Positions 10,597-23,984 of a stretch of DNA of 64,000 nt are shown one piece after another (the stretch's first letter is position 1; every line of letters starts with the position of its first letter). Location of the stretch: contig CM082590.2 in assembly GCA_040954595.2 (NCBI GenBank), forward strand, positions 6,324,001 to 6,388,000, in the 5' to 3' direction. The notes under the pieces are model-generated. The model saw nothing but the letters and a program-made list of their open reading frames with translations. It did no database searches and had not been told where the DNA came from. This stretch comes from Balanoglossus misakiensis. Its lineage: Eukaryota; Animalia; Hemichordata. Position numbers and translations under genes: made by a program.

Positions 10597-13500
10597 ATGT
10601 CGACAGAAAAGAAGTCGAGATTTTTACTCTTGTACGGATCGCAGACTGGTCAGGCTGAGGCCATTGCCGAGGAAATATTCCAATCGGCTGGTAGTCATGG
10701 ACTTGAACCTGAGATGCACTGTCTGAGCCAAACAGAGAAAAAGGTGAGACATATTCCAACAAGGGCGGGGGGGGGGGGGGGTGAGGGAGGGGGTGATTCA
10801 CCCCCCCCCCTTTTGATATCATTGGCACCCCCTATTTGCTGAAACAGGGCTAGACAGAGGGAGGGGTGGGGTGAATCCGTGAGACACTCCTCCCTGTTCA
10901 GTTTTGGTATGTTGGCTGGCACCCCTAGTCCCTGTGCAATGTACATGTGTATTAAACTTAAACGGACAAAGTCTCTCTCTCTCTCTGCCCTTTTTCCAAC
11001 AATTATATTTGATACAAAGTCCATCCCACTTGTAGGATATGAGAGAAAAAAAAACATGCCAAAATAAATAATCGGTGTTTACCATTTATTTGTTTAGCGA
11101 GGTTTTCACTCTTATATCCCCCAAAAAAGAATTGGAAGTTGTGTGTGGTCGAACGTAGATTCACTATATATCCACATGTAGAATAACATAAACAGTGTCT
11201 TGTATCAAACATAATTAATGAAAAAAGGGCAGAGAGAGAGAGAGAGACTTTGTCCCTTTAATTGACCCCACTAAAAAGGCTTCGTTCGGCCACTATAGAC
11301 ATGATTGACTGATATTTTCTTCGCTGCAGTTCAACATTGTGCAGGAGAAATGTGTGGTGTTTGTTGTGTCGACAACTGGTGATGGAGATGCCCCGGACAC
11401 GGCCGTCAAATTCTGGAGACGATTAAAGAGGAAGACGTTGCCTAGTGATCATCTCCGACATCTTTCATACACTCTACTGGGTAAGTGTTACAGGCAGTGT
11501 TCGAAATTCATAGGAAATATCAACCAGTCACCAGGACTGGTAACTTCAAAAAGTTGCCAGTCCTGCCAAAAACTTACCAGTCCTGATATTATGCCTTACA
11601 ATTAAATGTAATCAAATACAACTGAGAAGCTATTACCTTATCTGTGAACAATTGAAGATGGGATGGAATCATCTTTCTCTTTACATTACTTTGATTTGAT
11701 AATTTTCAAGCTTTTACATCATTGTTTCTTTTATTTGCAATACATGAACTGGGGAAAGTCCAAAAGATGTCATGATACCACTGGTTAACTCCCATGCTAA
11801 ATTCAACCTGTCTGTCGGACTGGTAACATTTTATTTTTACCAGTCCTACAGAAAAACAACCAGTCTCGGACTGTCGGACAGGCTTTATTTCGTACACTGT
11901 TACAGGGGCTGCAAATTTAGCGGTAGTACTGTGTCCAACCTTTGAAATACTGTAAAACACTTTATTTTCGCGAGTTGAAATTTTTGCGATATCGAGAGAG
12001 GCCACTGTTTCGCGAGTATTAATTTTCGCGTTCTCTTATTTCATTCACTGCATCATCATCTTCAAAAAAAAAAATTACGCGAATTTATTTTCATGCTATT
12101 TTGGCTCTCGCGTATTTCGCTTAAATTTATTGCTTGTGAAAATAAAGTGTTTTACAGTAGTAGTCATTATTATACATCTAATGCCGAGAACAATAGATTT
12201 TGGCGTGCAATAAAAAGCCGTACGGAACGGTACGTACGGAACGCGCGTTAAATAAGCCTTAGTTTCAAGGCGCCCCAAACTCACCGTGTACAGGTATGCG
12301 CTGTTATGCGGACGGTTTCAAGGCGCCCGCATTCCAACGCACGTGCGCACACGTAAACAAAAAAAGAAAGATGGCTGCTCACTGAGTCAACTGAGCGGTT
12401 TTCGATCGATTGTATCGGCATTTTGGGCGTTTTGAAAGCCAAGTAACATGCAACACAAGAACTAACGGAGATGTAAGATGTATAATAATAAGGTTATTAC
12501 GAAAATACCGCAAAGTATGCACTCGGACATTAGCGCAGCGCATCGCCCTCCGCTACGCGTCGGGCGATACTCAGCGCTAATGTCCTCGTGCATACTTTGC
12601 GGTATTTTCGTAATAACCTCATATTATAATATACCTCATGCTAATACTGTGTCGTGATTCGCCAGAATCTGTCACGTGATAGGAAAATAGGATCGACTAT
12701 GAATCCTGCGGGAAATAGCAGAAAAAAGCTCATTATAGGGATAAATTCTCTCTCTCTCGCTGCCCTTTTCCCATTAATTATAATGACAAGACACTGTTTA
12801 TGTTAGTCTACAAGTATCAGAATATCACTTTAGTTTATGAAGTACCATTTCTTAAACATGGCAATTATCGACCATCTTGAAATTGTGTCGACCTCGTGAG
12901 ATTTTTATCACTCACCTAGGTAGCAAAAAACTATTTAAAGGGACAAAGTCTCTCTCTCGTTGCCCTTTTTCCCATGAATTATATTTGATAAGAGACAACG
13001 TTTGTTATTCTACATGTGGATATATAGTGAATGAACGTTCAACCATCCCTCTTATAGACAGGAGAGTGAAAAAACTCGCCAAAATGAATAATCGTTCTTT
13101 ACCATTTATTCATTTTGGGCGAGTTTTTACTCTCATATCATACAAGTGGGATGGAAGTTTTGTGTGGTTGATCATTGATTCACTATATATCCACATTTAC
13201 ATTAACATAACCAGTGTATTGTATCAAACACAGAGTTTCCGGTTACGCAAAAATGTGCGTAATACACGCAATGGAAAATTTCTATACGCATATTGAACCG
13301 ACAAGTGCGTCTGGCGTACGCAATGAAATTGACTCTGTTTTCGCCATTGAAAGTTCGAGCTAACAAAAGACTCATCAAACGACCGACAAACTAGACAGCA
13401 CCTTGTGCACGCTTACATGTTTTGAATAAAATTGCAACATTCCAAACCATTTGCGCAGACGCTTGACCATGATAAAATGTAACAATTTTCGTTTAGCGCG

Positions 13501-16500
13501 CGTTCTAATCATCATGCCATGCGTCACGTACGTGTAATATCGATCAACATGGCGGCAAAACAGTCAACTTTATTTTCATTTAAATTTACGTCGAAATCCT
13601 CTACTGATAATGGAAAGAAAGCCACTGAAATCGATGATTCGGAACACCAAGAGTCAGTGGGGGATGCCCCACCAGTGAAAAAAATGCGAGAGAATGCAAA
13701 GACTGGCCACACAGAATTCAAAGATCAGTGGCTCGCCGAGTACATTTGTGTATCCGTGGTTACGGCACAACGTCGACGAAAGCGGCGGAAAAAAAGACAC
13801 TCGTGCTTTTCTGTAAAGTTCGTGAAAAATATGGCAAAAAGAATGCTTTCATGCATGGTTCTCGTGATCTTCAAAAATCGGCCATCAAACGGCATATGCA
13901 AGGCACTGATCATAGAAGCGACGTCATTTGTCTCAGTATTAAAACGTAAAATCACGTCAATAGCTGTTTGGTCTGTTTAGAATTCTTTTTGGTTACAATG
14001 TGTGCTATTTGAAGTGTTTTGCATTATTTTGCAACAGTCTGCTAATGGTGTGATATGAATACATTGTACGCATTTAAATCACCTTCTTACGCATTTTTAT
14101 TGACCTCTTGCGTATGGCATACGCTTGGGGAAAAAAACTACCGGAAACTCTGAAACATAATTAATGGAAAAGGGGCAGCTTGAGAGAGACTTTGTCCCTT
14201 TAAGGTAGTGAGAATTGGCAGAACTTATGGTAAATTTATGTTTGCTTGAAATGAAATGCAATGCATAGGCTGAGGGTCATCTTATGATACAGATTTTTTT
14301 TTTCCTTTTGCAGGGCTTGGTGATAGTAATTACACCAGTTTCTGCAAAAATGGTAAGAATTTTGACCATAGACTGGAAGAGCTAGGAGCCTCTCGGTTTT
14401 ACCCAGCAGGCTTTGCTGACGACGGTGTTGGGTAAGTGTAGCGAAACCACATTGTCGCAAACCACGGCCCTTTTACGGCAGCGCTCTGCTCCCCGCAAAA
14501 AGGCCGTGGTATAATACGGCCATGTATTCAGTATTTGGTCTAGGCGCTTTCATAGTACATCCAACAACCAATCAGATTGCTTGTTACATCCCATTCACGC
14601 ATCTCATTACATCTCATTCTAAACAACATGGCAGCTTCCAGTGGCAGTACTCTGAGTCTGAGTGAGAGCGAAGAACGTGCAGTTTGATTGGCCAGATTAT
14701 AATGATGTCATCTCATGAATATGCATTACCAATATGTTCAAATACCAGTGCGGTACTCCATTGTAACCAGAGTACGTGATTTCGATAGTGAAACGAAAGA
14801 AATCCGTAGTCGGTATAATCTGATTTTTGAATGAAACTAGATCCACGGCAATGTCAAATCTGCATTGTCTCACTCAGTTGTTTCTGTAAACCTTATGATC
14901 AATTAAAAAACCTACCAAATGTACTGTTCAGTTGTAAGGGAATTTTCATTGTGCACTAACACTCAACATGCAAATACTGTAAAACACTAAATTATTTTCG
15001 TGAGTTGAAATTTTCACAATATTGTGAGAGGCCACTGTTTCGCGAGTATTAATTTTCGCGTGACGACTGCTTCCCCTTAAAGGCACGTAAGCTGTAACTT
15101 TTGGGATAATTTTCATAATTTTTGTTTCAAACTGCACTACCATTAGTCCATGCAGATGAAGGCAGTGAACAATACACAAGCATTATAAATCCTAAATATG
15201 AGTGCATATGCAAGTTTTAACCAGATAAATAATAAACCTTTGCCGCAAGCGATTATGGCCGCCACTGTGGGAAAATGCAAGAAACAATGAAAATGTTGCA
15301 TTTCCGGTTGTGAAACATCATAAACAAAACATGATCTCATCAACTTGAGCTCATGGAAGTAAATGTACACCACTGAGACATCAGATTTTTATTTTTCATT
15401 GCAATATTGCACTTTTTTTATAAATTGCAGGAATTTTCGTTTTTCTTTAATTTTTGGCCATTTTGTCATAAATAAGTGTTGAGCGTGATATATTATCATG
15501 AAATAGCATTTAATAGACATAATTAAAAGCATATATGAGATTATTTAAAACTTTAATTTTTTATCCAGTTGCAGCTTACGTGCCTTTAACCAAAACACTG
15601 ATATTGTACGTGTTTTCTGCAGATTGGAGATTGTAGTGGAGCCTTGGATTGAGGGGTTATGGGACGCACTCAAGAAACAGCTGGGTCTGGTCTGTGACCG
15701 TGGCGACGAGTCGGGACGTCCCAAAGAGCTGAACTCGCAGAATGGCGTCGAAAACAACATTTCGGAGATCAGCGACACCAAACCAGGAATCAGCTGTAAT
15801 GGTGATAGCACAGAACTTGAGAACGTCAAAAGTGACAAGTATAAAACGGTCAAAAATGAGCTCAGTGATAAAGTGACGACAACGGCGCTCGGAGGAGAGG
15901 ATTGTGGCGACGCTGATCACGTGACTGATGGTTGTCACGGAAACAGCAATGAGGAAAATTCCAGTGCTGTAGAAACAAAAGAGCTGTCTATAAATAAAGA
16001 TGGGAACGAGACGGATGATAGACAGACTGCACTTGGAGGAGAGAATTGTGGCGATGCTGATCACGTGACTGATAGTTGTCACGGAAACAGCAATGAGGAG
16101 AATTCCAGTGCCGTACAAACAAAAGAGCAGTCTATGAATAAAGATGGGAAAGAGACGGATCACAGACAGACTGCACTTGAAGGAGAGAATTGTGGCGATG
16201 CTGATCATGTGACTGATGGTTGTCACGGAAACAGCAATGAGGAGAATTCCAGTGCCGTACAAACAAAAGTGCAGTCTATGAATAAAGATGGAGAGGAGAC
16301 GGATGACAGACAGACTGCACTTGGAGGAGAGAATTGTGGCGACGCTGATCACGTGACTGATGGTTGTCACGGAAACAGCAATGAGGAGAATTCCAGTGCC
16401 GTACAAACAAAAGAGCAGTCTATGAATAAAGATGGGAAGGAGATGGATGATAGACAGACTGCACTTGGAGGAGAGAATTGTGGCGACGCTGATCACGTGA

Positions 16501-19500
16501 CTGATGGTTGTCACGGAAACAGCAATGAGGAGAATTCCAGTGCCGTACAAACAAAAGGGCAGTCTATGAATAAAGATGGACAGGAGACGGACGATGCGAG
16601 AGAAAGGACAGTGAACGGAAACACAAATAACGAAAATGACATTTCTTTCTTGATGTCAGAACTTCAACTCTCTGAAAGGTCGTTGACCTTGCCCGCTGTT
16701 CCACCGCCATACCTGAGAGTAGAATATCATCCAGACGACTCAGTGGTAAGCTTTTGTCAATTTCTGTCTGAATTGAAGAGATAAAGTCTCTCTCTCTCAC
16801 TGCCCCTTTCCCATTAATTATGTTTGATACAAGACATCGTTTATGTTATTCTATGTGTGGATATATAGTGAAACAACGTTCGACCACACACAACTTCCAT
16901 CCCGTTTGTAGGATATGGGAGTAAAAATCTCGCCAAAATGAATAATCGGTGTTTACCATTTATTCATTTTGGCGGGATATTTACTCAAATATCCTACAAA
17001 TGGTATGGAAGTTGTGTGTTGTTGAATGTTGATTCACTATATATCCACATGTAGAAAAACATGAACGGTGTCTTGTATCAAACATAATTCATGGAAAAGG
17101 CCTGCAAGAGAGAGACATTGTCCCTTTAACCCTTTCACCACCATGATTCAGTCCAAACCAATTGTTTTCTATGGTAAGGTTGGACCTCTATAGAGGGAAC
17201 TGGGGGTGAAAGGGTTAAACCATGGATGAGAATATTGATTTCATATCTGGTGTACAGGATATAGAAATATTCATGAAGAATTAATTTTTTTTCAACTAAA
17301 CTTATGTTTTTCCTCAGGATTTATCAGCATTACCAATTCATGGAGGAGCAGCGTTCCCGTCAGCCACATCAAATGTTGTCATGGCAACTGTAACCGCAGC
17401 AACGCGACTAACACAAAGCGATGCCGTCAAAACATGTCTAAAGGTAGAGCTGGACATCTCAGTAAGTGTGTCACAAATAATTTATAAGTATGGCCATTCT
17501 CTAAGGGACAAAGTCTCTCTCTCGCTGCCCCCTTTCCATTAATTATGTTTGATACAAAACACTGTTTATGTTGATGTACATGTGGATATATAGTGAATCA
17601 ACGTTCAACCACAAACAACTTCCATCCCACTTGTAGACATGAGAGTGAAAACTCGCCAAAATGAATAAATGGTAGAGACCCATTATTCATTTTGGCGGAG
17701 TTTTCACTCTCGTGTCTACAGGTCAATTATTGTAAATAGAAAATTACATAGGAACTACAACAAAGAGGCCACTATATACATGTACTGTACAACACTTTAT
17801 TTTCGCGAGTTGAAATTTTCGCGATATCGAGAGAGGCCACTGTTTCGCGAGTATTAATTTTCGCGTTCATTTATTTCATTCACTGCATCGTTATCTCAGA
17901 AAAAATGTATGCGACTTTATTTTCACGCTATTTTGGCTCTCGAGAATTTCGCGAAAATTTATTGCTCGCGAAAATAAAGTGTTTTACAGTATATAGAGGT
18001 GTCCACTAACACACGTTTGACTAATTTGAAAACTTACCTTTTTACTCGGTTTTATGTGTAACGTGTTCGATTGTGTCCTTTTAACTATTTTTACCAGCCT
18101 TGTATTTTTTAATCTACTCTTTTAGCTATGTACAATGCGCTGAGACGTATGTGTAGCGCATTTTAAACAATTCTTAATAATAATAATAACAATAATAATA
18201 CTCTCTTTTCCAGAATACTGGCTTGACGTATATGCCTGGTGACTCCATAGGAGTCGTATGTCCCAACAGTGAAGACGAGGTGAATTTCCTGATTGAACGA
18301 TTGTCTCTACAAGATAAAGCTGACGTTACATTTACATTGCATTTGATAGAAAATACAGCGAAGAAACGAGCCCAGGTTCCTGCATTTGTTCCAGAGAAGT
18401 GTACCTTGAGATACGCCCTGCTGCATTGTTTGGACATCAGAACCCCTCCAAAGAAGGTGAGCTGGATTTACCCTTTCACCATAATGGTTTGGTCGAACAC
18501 CACTGTTTTCTATGGTAAAGTTGGACCTTTATACAGGGCTATGGGGGTGAACAGGTTTCAAAGCCAAAATTTGTTGACATGGGTATTATTATGGATGTAA
18601 GCCCATACGACCATGTAAGTAGTCTGTTTTACCCTTTCACCACCATGGTTTGGTCCAACACCATTGTTTTCTATTGTAAAGTTGGACCTTTATACGGAGA
18701 AAGAGGGAAGTGTGTGCCTCGGCGATATATTTTTCCGAGAGTCCTCCAAAACTTTTAATTTAATATATCAACGTCCCTTAAAATATGTATTTACCACATT
18801 TTCTTTTAAACGTATTTTTACTGTCTTTGCATGGCTCTCATACGTACTTAGACACACTTGGCAGTCTGAGCCCCCGTACAATGTACCAAACCGTACTGGT
18901 TTGGTTTAATCCAAATGCTACGGGGTGTCATACCTGTTTAGAGTGTCAAGTCCCTTAAAATATGGATGTGTCATATTTCTTCTAAACGTATTTTGACTGT
19001 CTTGACATGGCTCTCATACGTACTTAGACATACTTGGCAGTCTGAGCCCCAGAATTCTTTACTATCAATCACGTGATCTGGCAATGTGTCCCATGGCGCA
19101 GTCATTTCCAGATGACGGGCAAGTAATATTTCGGCATCCAGTAAAAGTTTTTCCGAGTATGTTTTTACTTTAGAACTGCCAAACACATAACATGTATTGG
19201 GTATGTTGCCTCATCAGCCTCATTGCATTTCGTCTGCACAGTCTTTGTCTGCACCACGTAAGTCCACGTTGCTGAAGTTGCCCGTCATCTGGAAATTTGA
19301 ATGCGAACGTAACTGCCGCCTGAGCGCGTCTGACGTCATTTGATAGCGAAGAATTTACTGTTTTGGGGGGCTTGTCTTTCTATCAGGCATTTCTGCGAAT
19401 GTTGGCTGAGTACACCGAAACCGAGAAAGAGAAACGATGTCTTCAAGAGCTGTGCAGTCGCCAGGGGAGTGACCAGTACGAGAAACTCCTCCGATTGGCC

Positions 19501-21086
19501 AATCTGTCCGTGATTGACATATTGGTAGCCTGTCCGTCATGCCGTCCACCAATCGAAAGACTGCTTGAGATGTTGCCACGGTTACAAGCCAGGCCGTACT
19601 CAGCAGCAAGGTAAGTTTGTCATTTCTGTTAATAATTTGGAAAACTGAGTGTACTGTCGATTTTCCTGACGAAAAGACGAAAGTGATTCTATAGACATCA
19701 AAATGTCGCTTTCATGACCCTAATATGACAACTTCTGTTGGTATGGGGTAGACAAAATTCAATCTTTTAGGACAAGAAACGTGCAAAAGCTTGAAATAGA
19801 GTCACTTTTGTATTTCAGTACATAATTGATATTATATTATACCAGTATATTGATGGTGTAAATCACGCTATTTGATTGATCGAGACACGACACGTGACCG
19901 TGATATATTAGCCATATACCACAGTCATATATCATAGTCAAAGAAAATGCCTTTTTAAAATGTTTTATGCAAAGTTTCAATATACTGGCATAATATAAAA
20001 GCAATAAAACACCCCAGCCATGGTATACATGTACCACGAGATTTTGACCAGTTCAACTCCATATGATCACGTGGTATACCATGGCTGGGGGTGTTTTATT
20101 GCTTAAATATAGTCACTTTTGTTTTTCAGTACATAATTGATATTATATTATACCAGTATATTGATGGTGTAAATCACGCTATTTGATTGGTCGAGACACG
20201 ACACGTGACCGTGATATATTAGCCATATACCACAGTCATATATCATAGTTAAAGAAAATGCCTTTTTAAAATGTTTTATGCAAAGTTTCAATATACTGGC
20301 ATAATATAATAGCAATAAAACACCCCCAGCCATGGTATACCACTCGATTTTGACCAGTTCAACTCCATATACGCACTCGCTATCGCTCGTGCGTATATGT
20401 CGTGAACTGGTCAAAATCTCGTGATATACCATGGCTGGGGGTGTTTTATTGCTTAAATAATAATTTGTTTCAATAACATAGGCTTCCACTCTTTGGTTTC
20501 ATAAACATAAAAAAAAATTTCTTCTGCAGTCAAAGGTTACAAATGGCAGTACATAATTTATTGACTACAGTTTTGTAAGAGGTTAAACCCCCTCATATAC
20601 AGGAAATTTTCGTGAATGATCAATTCTCGTGGACTATGCGAGAGCCAAAAATGCAAAAAATAAAAATCTGCATAAAATAAATTGTAAATATGGGTTATAC
20701 TAAAATCTCATCCCTGAAATATTTTTTAATGTCATTTCTGTTTTTTTTATTTCATCAGCTCTCCACTGGAAAATCCGGGCAGAATGAGTATTGCTTTCAA
20801 TATCATAGAGATTCCACGTAGTGATGGTCGTCATAGTAACAGGCAGGGTGTGTGCACAGGTTGGTTGGATAGAGTCACAAGGGGCTTGCAAGAAGGTGAC
20901 ACTACCCATAATGCAATACTGGTGAGAATTGTGGATTTCGTTATGTATGTATGTATGTATGTATGTATGTATGTATGTATAAGTATGTATGTATGTATGA
21001 TATGTATGTATGTATGTATGTATGTATGATATGTATGTATGTATGTATGTATGATATGTATGTATGTATGTATGTATGTATGCATG

Positions 21087-21117
<31 letters not shown>

Positions 21118-23984
21118 CGTACATGTATGTATGTACGTATGTACGTATGTATGCATGCAAGATGAGTTCAATTTTTTCCTCCATATTTTCGCCCAGCTTG
21201 TGACCATCAATATTTCTTCAATACTTCCTCACTCTAAAACACTGCATCAAACTTCCTTCAATTCATAACCTTCTCTACCATTCTGATTCATAATGTTCAT
21301 TTTACAACTTTTTGTATTTTTGTTTTGTGTACAGGTACCAATTTTTTCTCGCTCCAATAAATCCTTCCATCTTGCTGAGGACCCCGAAACACCGATGGTC
21401 ATGATTGGCCCTGGGACGGGCGTGGCACCGTTTGTTGGGTTTCTGCAGCACCGACAGAAACAACAACTCGAGTCTCCAGCTTTAGAGCTTGGCCAGACAT
21501 GGCTGTTCTTTGGCTGTCGCCATAGAGACAGAGATTTCATTTTCAGGTAAGTGATGTCTATTCTTCACTATCAAATGACGTCAGACGCGCTCAGGCGGCA
21601 GTTACGTTCGCATTCAGATTTCCAGATGACGGGCAACTTCAGGAACATGGACTTACGTGGTGCAGACAAAGACTGTGCAGACGAAATGCAACGAGGCTGA
21701 TGAGGCACCATACCTGATACATGTTACGTGTCTGGCGGTTCTAAAGTAAAAACATACTCGGAAAAACTTTTACTGGATGCCGAAATATTGCTTGCCCGTC
21801 ATCTGGAAATGACTGCGCCATGGGACACATTGCCAGATCACGTGATTGATAGTAAAGAATAGGTTGAAAGCTTCTTGGCTTGTCAGTCACCTCGCTTGGA
21901 TTTGAAATACAGTGAAACCTGGGACCAGAAGTGGGTGACCCCTGGTGACCCCCCCACCCCCTTTACCCAATTCCGAAAGAGGGTGACCTCCCCCATGAAT
22001 CATTCCCCCCAGGCCGTAGAAACTGACCAGTCCCTAACATAACTCTAAATCAGATCCTGTTTCATTCTGTGTTTCAGAGATGAACTTGAGAAGTTTAGAA
22101 GCTGTGGTGTTCTGTTGAAATCTTTCTGGTGACCCCCCCCCCCCCACCCCTTTACCCAATTCCGAAAGAGGGTGACCTCCCCCATGAATCCCCCCAGGCC
22201 GAAGAAACTGACCAGTCCCTAACATAACTTTAAATCAGATCCTGTTTTATCCTGTGTTTCAGAGATGAACTTGAGAAGTTTAGAAGCTGTGGTGTTCTGT
22301 TGAAATCTTTCTGGTGACCCCCCCCCCCCCCTCCCCCTTACCCAATTCCAAAAGAGGGTGACCTCCCCCTTGAATCATTCCCCCCCCCCCCCAGGCCGAA
22401 GAAACTGACCAGTCCCTAACATAACTCTAAATCAGATCCTGTTTCATTTTGTGTTTCAGAGATGAACTTGAGAAGTTTAGAAGCTGTGGTGTTCTGTTGA
22501 AATCTTTCTGGTGACCCCCCCCCCCTCTTTAACCAATTCTGAAAGAGGGTGACCTCCCCCTTGAATCATCCCCCCCAGGCCAAAGAAACTGACAAGTCCC
22601 TAACATAACTTTAAATCAGATCCTGTTTTATCCTGTGTTTCAGAGATGAACTTGAGAAGTTAAGAAGCTGTGGTGTTCTGTTGAAATCTTTCTGGTGACC
22701 CCCCCCCCCCCCACCCCTTTACCCAATTCCGAAAGAAAGTGACCTCCCCCATGAATCCCCCCCCCCTAGGCCGAAGAAACTGACCAGTCCCTAACATAAT
22801 TCTAAATCAGATCCTGTTTCATTTTGTGTTTCAGAGATGAACTTGAGAAGTTTAGAAGCTGTGGTGTTCTGTCGAAACTCTGCACATGTTTTTCACGCGA
22901 CGGTGACACGTCCCAACCTCGCTACGTTCAGGATATGATGAGAGTCCACCAGGAGGAGATTGCGAGACTTTTGCTGGAACAGTCTGCTGTGGTCTATGTC
23001 TGTGGGTAAGTCTTCACTCCACCTACAGGGCATAAAGGGACACAGTCTCTCTCTCTCTGCCCCTTTTTCCATTAATTATGTTCGATACAAGACACCGTTT
23101 ATGTTATTCTACATGTGGATATAATATAGTGAATCAACGTTCGACCACACACACCTCCCAAGACAAAGTCTCTCTCTCACAGCCCTTTTTCCATTAAATA
23201 TGTTTGATACAAGACACCGTTTATGTTTTTGTACATGTGGATATATAGTGAATCAAGGTTCAACCACACACAACTTCCATCCCACTTGTAGACACGAGAG
23301 TGAAAAACTCGCCAAAATGAATAATCGGTGTTTACCATTTATTCATTTTGGCAAGATTTTTACTCTCATATCAGACAAACGGAATGGAAGTTGTGTGTGG
23401 TTGAACGTTGATTCACTATATATCCACATGTAGAATAATATAAACGGTGTCTTGTATCAAACGTAATTAATGGAAAAAGGGCAGCGAGAGAGAGACTTTG
23501 TCCCTTTAATCCTTAGAGTCGCCTTGTGTCCACACACACAAAGTTTATGTATAGGCGCTGAGGCTCGGCCCATAGACAATGGGTTGCGGAGAGGTGTTAA
23601 TCCTTACACTGGCTCTGGTCTAGCCAGCAAAACCGTCTCCAATCTAAGCCGTTTCAGAACCACTATACACAGTCCACACGTGTTTCTTTAAGACGGTATC
23701 TGATCTGAGACGCTTCAGAATCGTCTTAATGGTGCCTGTGTGACCCCCATAATGGAAGAGAAATATTGAAAAACTTGCCAAAAGATAGAGTCAATAGGAC
23801 TTTAATTTTATATTCTGTATTTTTTTTTTTTTTTACCAGAGATGCGAAACACATGGCAAGGGACGTCTATCAAACATGGATGGACATTTTCAGTCGCCAC
23901 CTGGATGTCAATCTAGATGAAGCCAAGAAAATTATGTCCAAACTCAAAGAAGATGGGAGATATCTTGAAGATATATGGACTTGA
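10597..23984 (+). CDS. MTRR: Methionine synthase reductase (diflavin reductase), 11 coding exons
   Basis: Exons 10597-10743, 11330-11480, 14314-14431, 15623-16745, 17318-17461, 18214-18456, 19387-19610, 20759-20921, 21335-21546, 22835-23005, 23840-23984. Motifs [78 protein letters not shown]. Confidence 0.95.
11948..12159. mobile_element. TA-flanked MITE (TACTGTAAAACAC...GTGTTTTACAGTA), reference copy
   Basis: Terminal inverted repeats; copies near 14975, 17783-17991, 35984-36156, 55243-55453, 57822-58032. Confidence 0.75.
12165..12632. mobile_element. Non-autonomous element with a terminal palindrome of about 150 bp (Crypton-like architecture, tentative)
   Basis: Near-identical second copy at about 52608-53055; palindrome AGGTTATTACGAAAATACC...GGTATTTTCGTAATAACCT. 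Confidence 0.7.
13231..14152 (+). mobile_element. Internally deleted hAT-like transposon with a TTF-type zinc-finger remnant, nested in a family A MITE
   Basis: TIR CAGAGTTTCCGGT / ACCGGAAACTCTG, AAACA duplicated on both sides; frameshifted remnant FKDQWLAEY...LFCKV...AFMHGS...[11 protein letters not shown]. Confidence 0.8.
15081..15585. mobile_element. Kolobok-like non-autonomous element
   Basis: TTAA|AGGCACGTAAGCTGTAACT...AGTTGCAGCTTACGTGCCT|TTAA. Confidence 0.8.
15880..16599 (+). repeat. Coding minisatellite, 5 x 144 bp (48 aa), in MTRR exon 4
   Basis: [48 protein letters not shown] repeated in frame. Confidence 0.97.
19053..19354. mobile_element. MITE of about 300 bp with TIR ATTCTTTACTATCAA / TTGATAGCGAAGAAT
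   Basis: Copies at about 21560-21860 and 60111-60394 (opposite orientation) and partial at 3988-4140. Confidence 0.8.
20942..21156. repeat. (TATG)n microsatellite
   Basis: Long imperfect tetranucleotide run in an MTRR intron. Confidence 0.95.
21942..22872 (+). repeat. Tandem array of 5 units of about 190 bp, each containing the MTRR exon-10 acceptor
   Basis: GTGTTTCAG|AGATGAACTTGAGAAG with post-AG starts at 22078, 22263, 22460, 22644 and 22835 (the real exon). Confidence 0.95.

Noticed and set aside
20831-21268. HTYI/MYVC-repeat ORFs
   Set aside because: Microsatellite translation artefacts.
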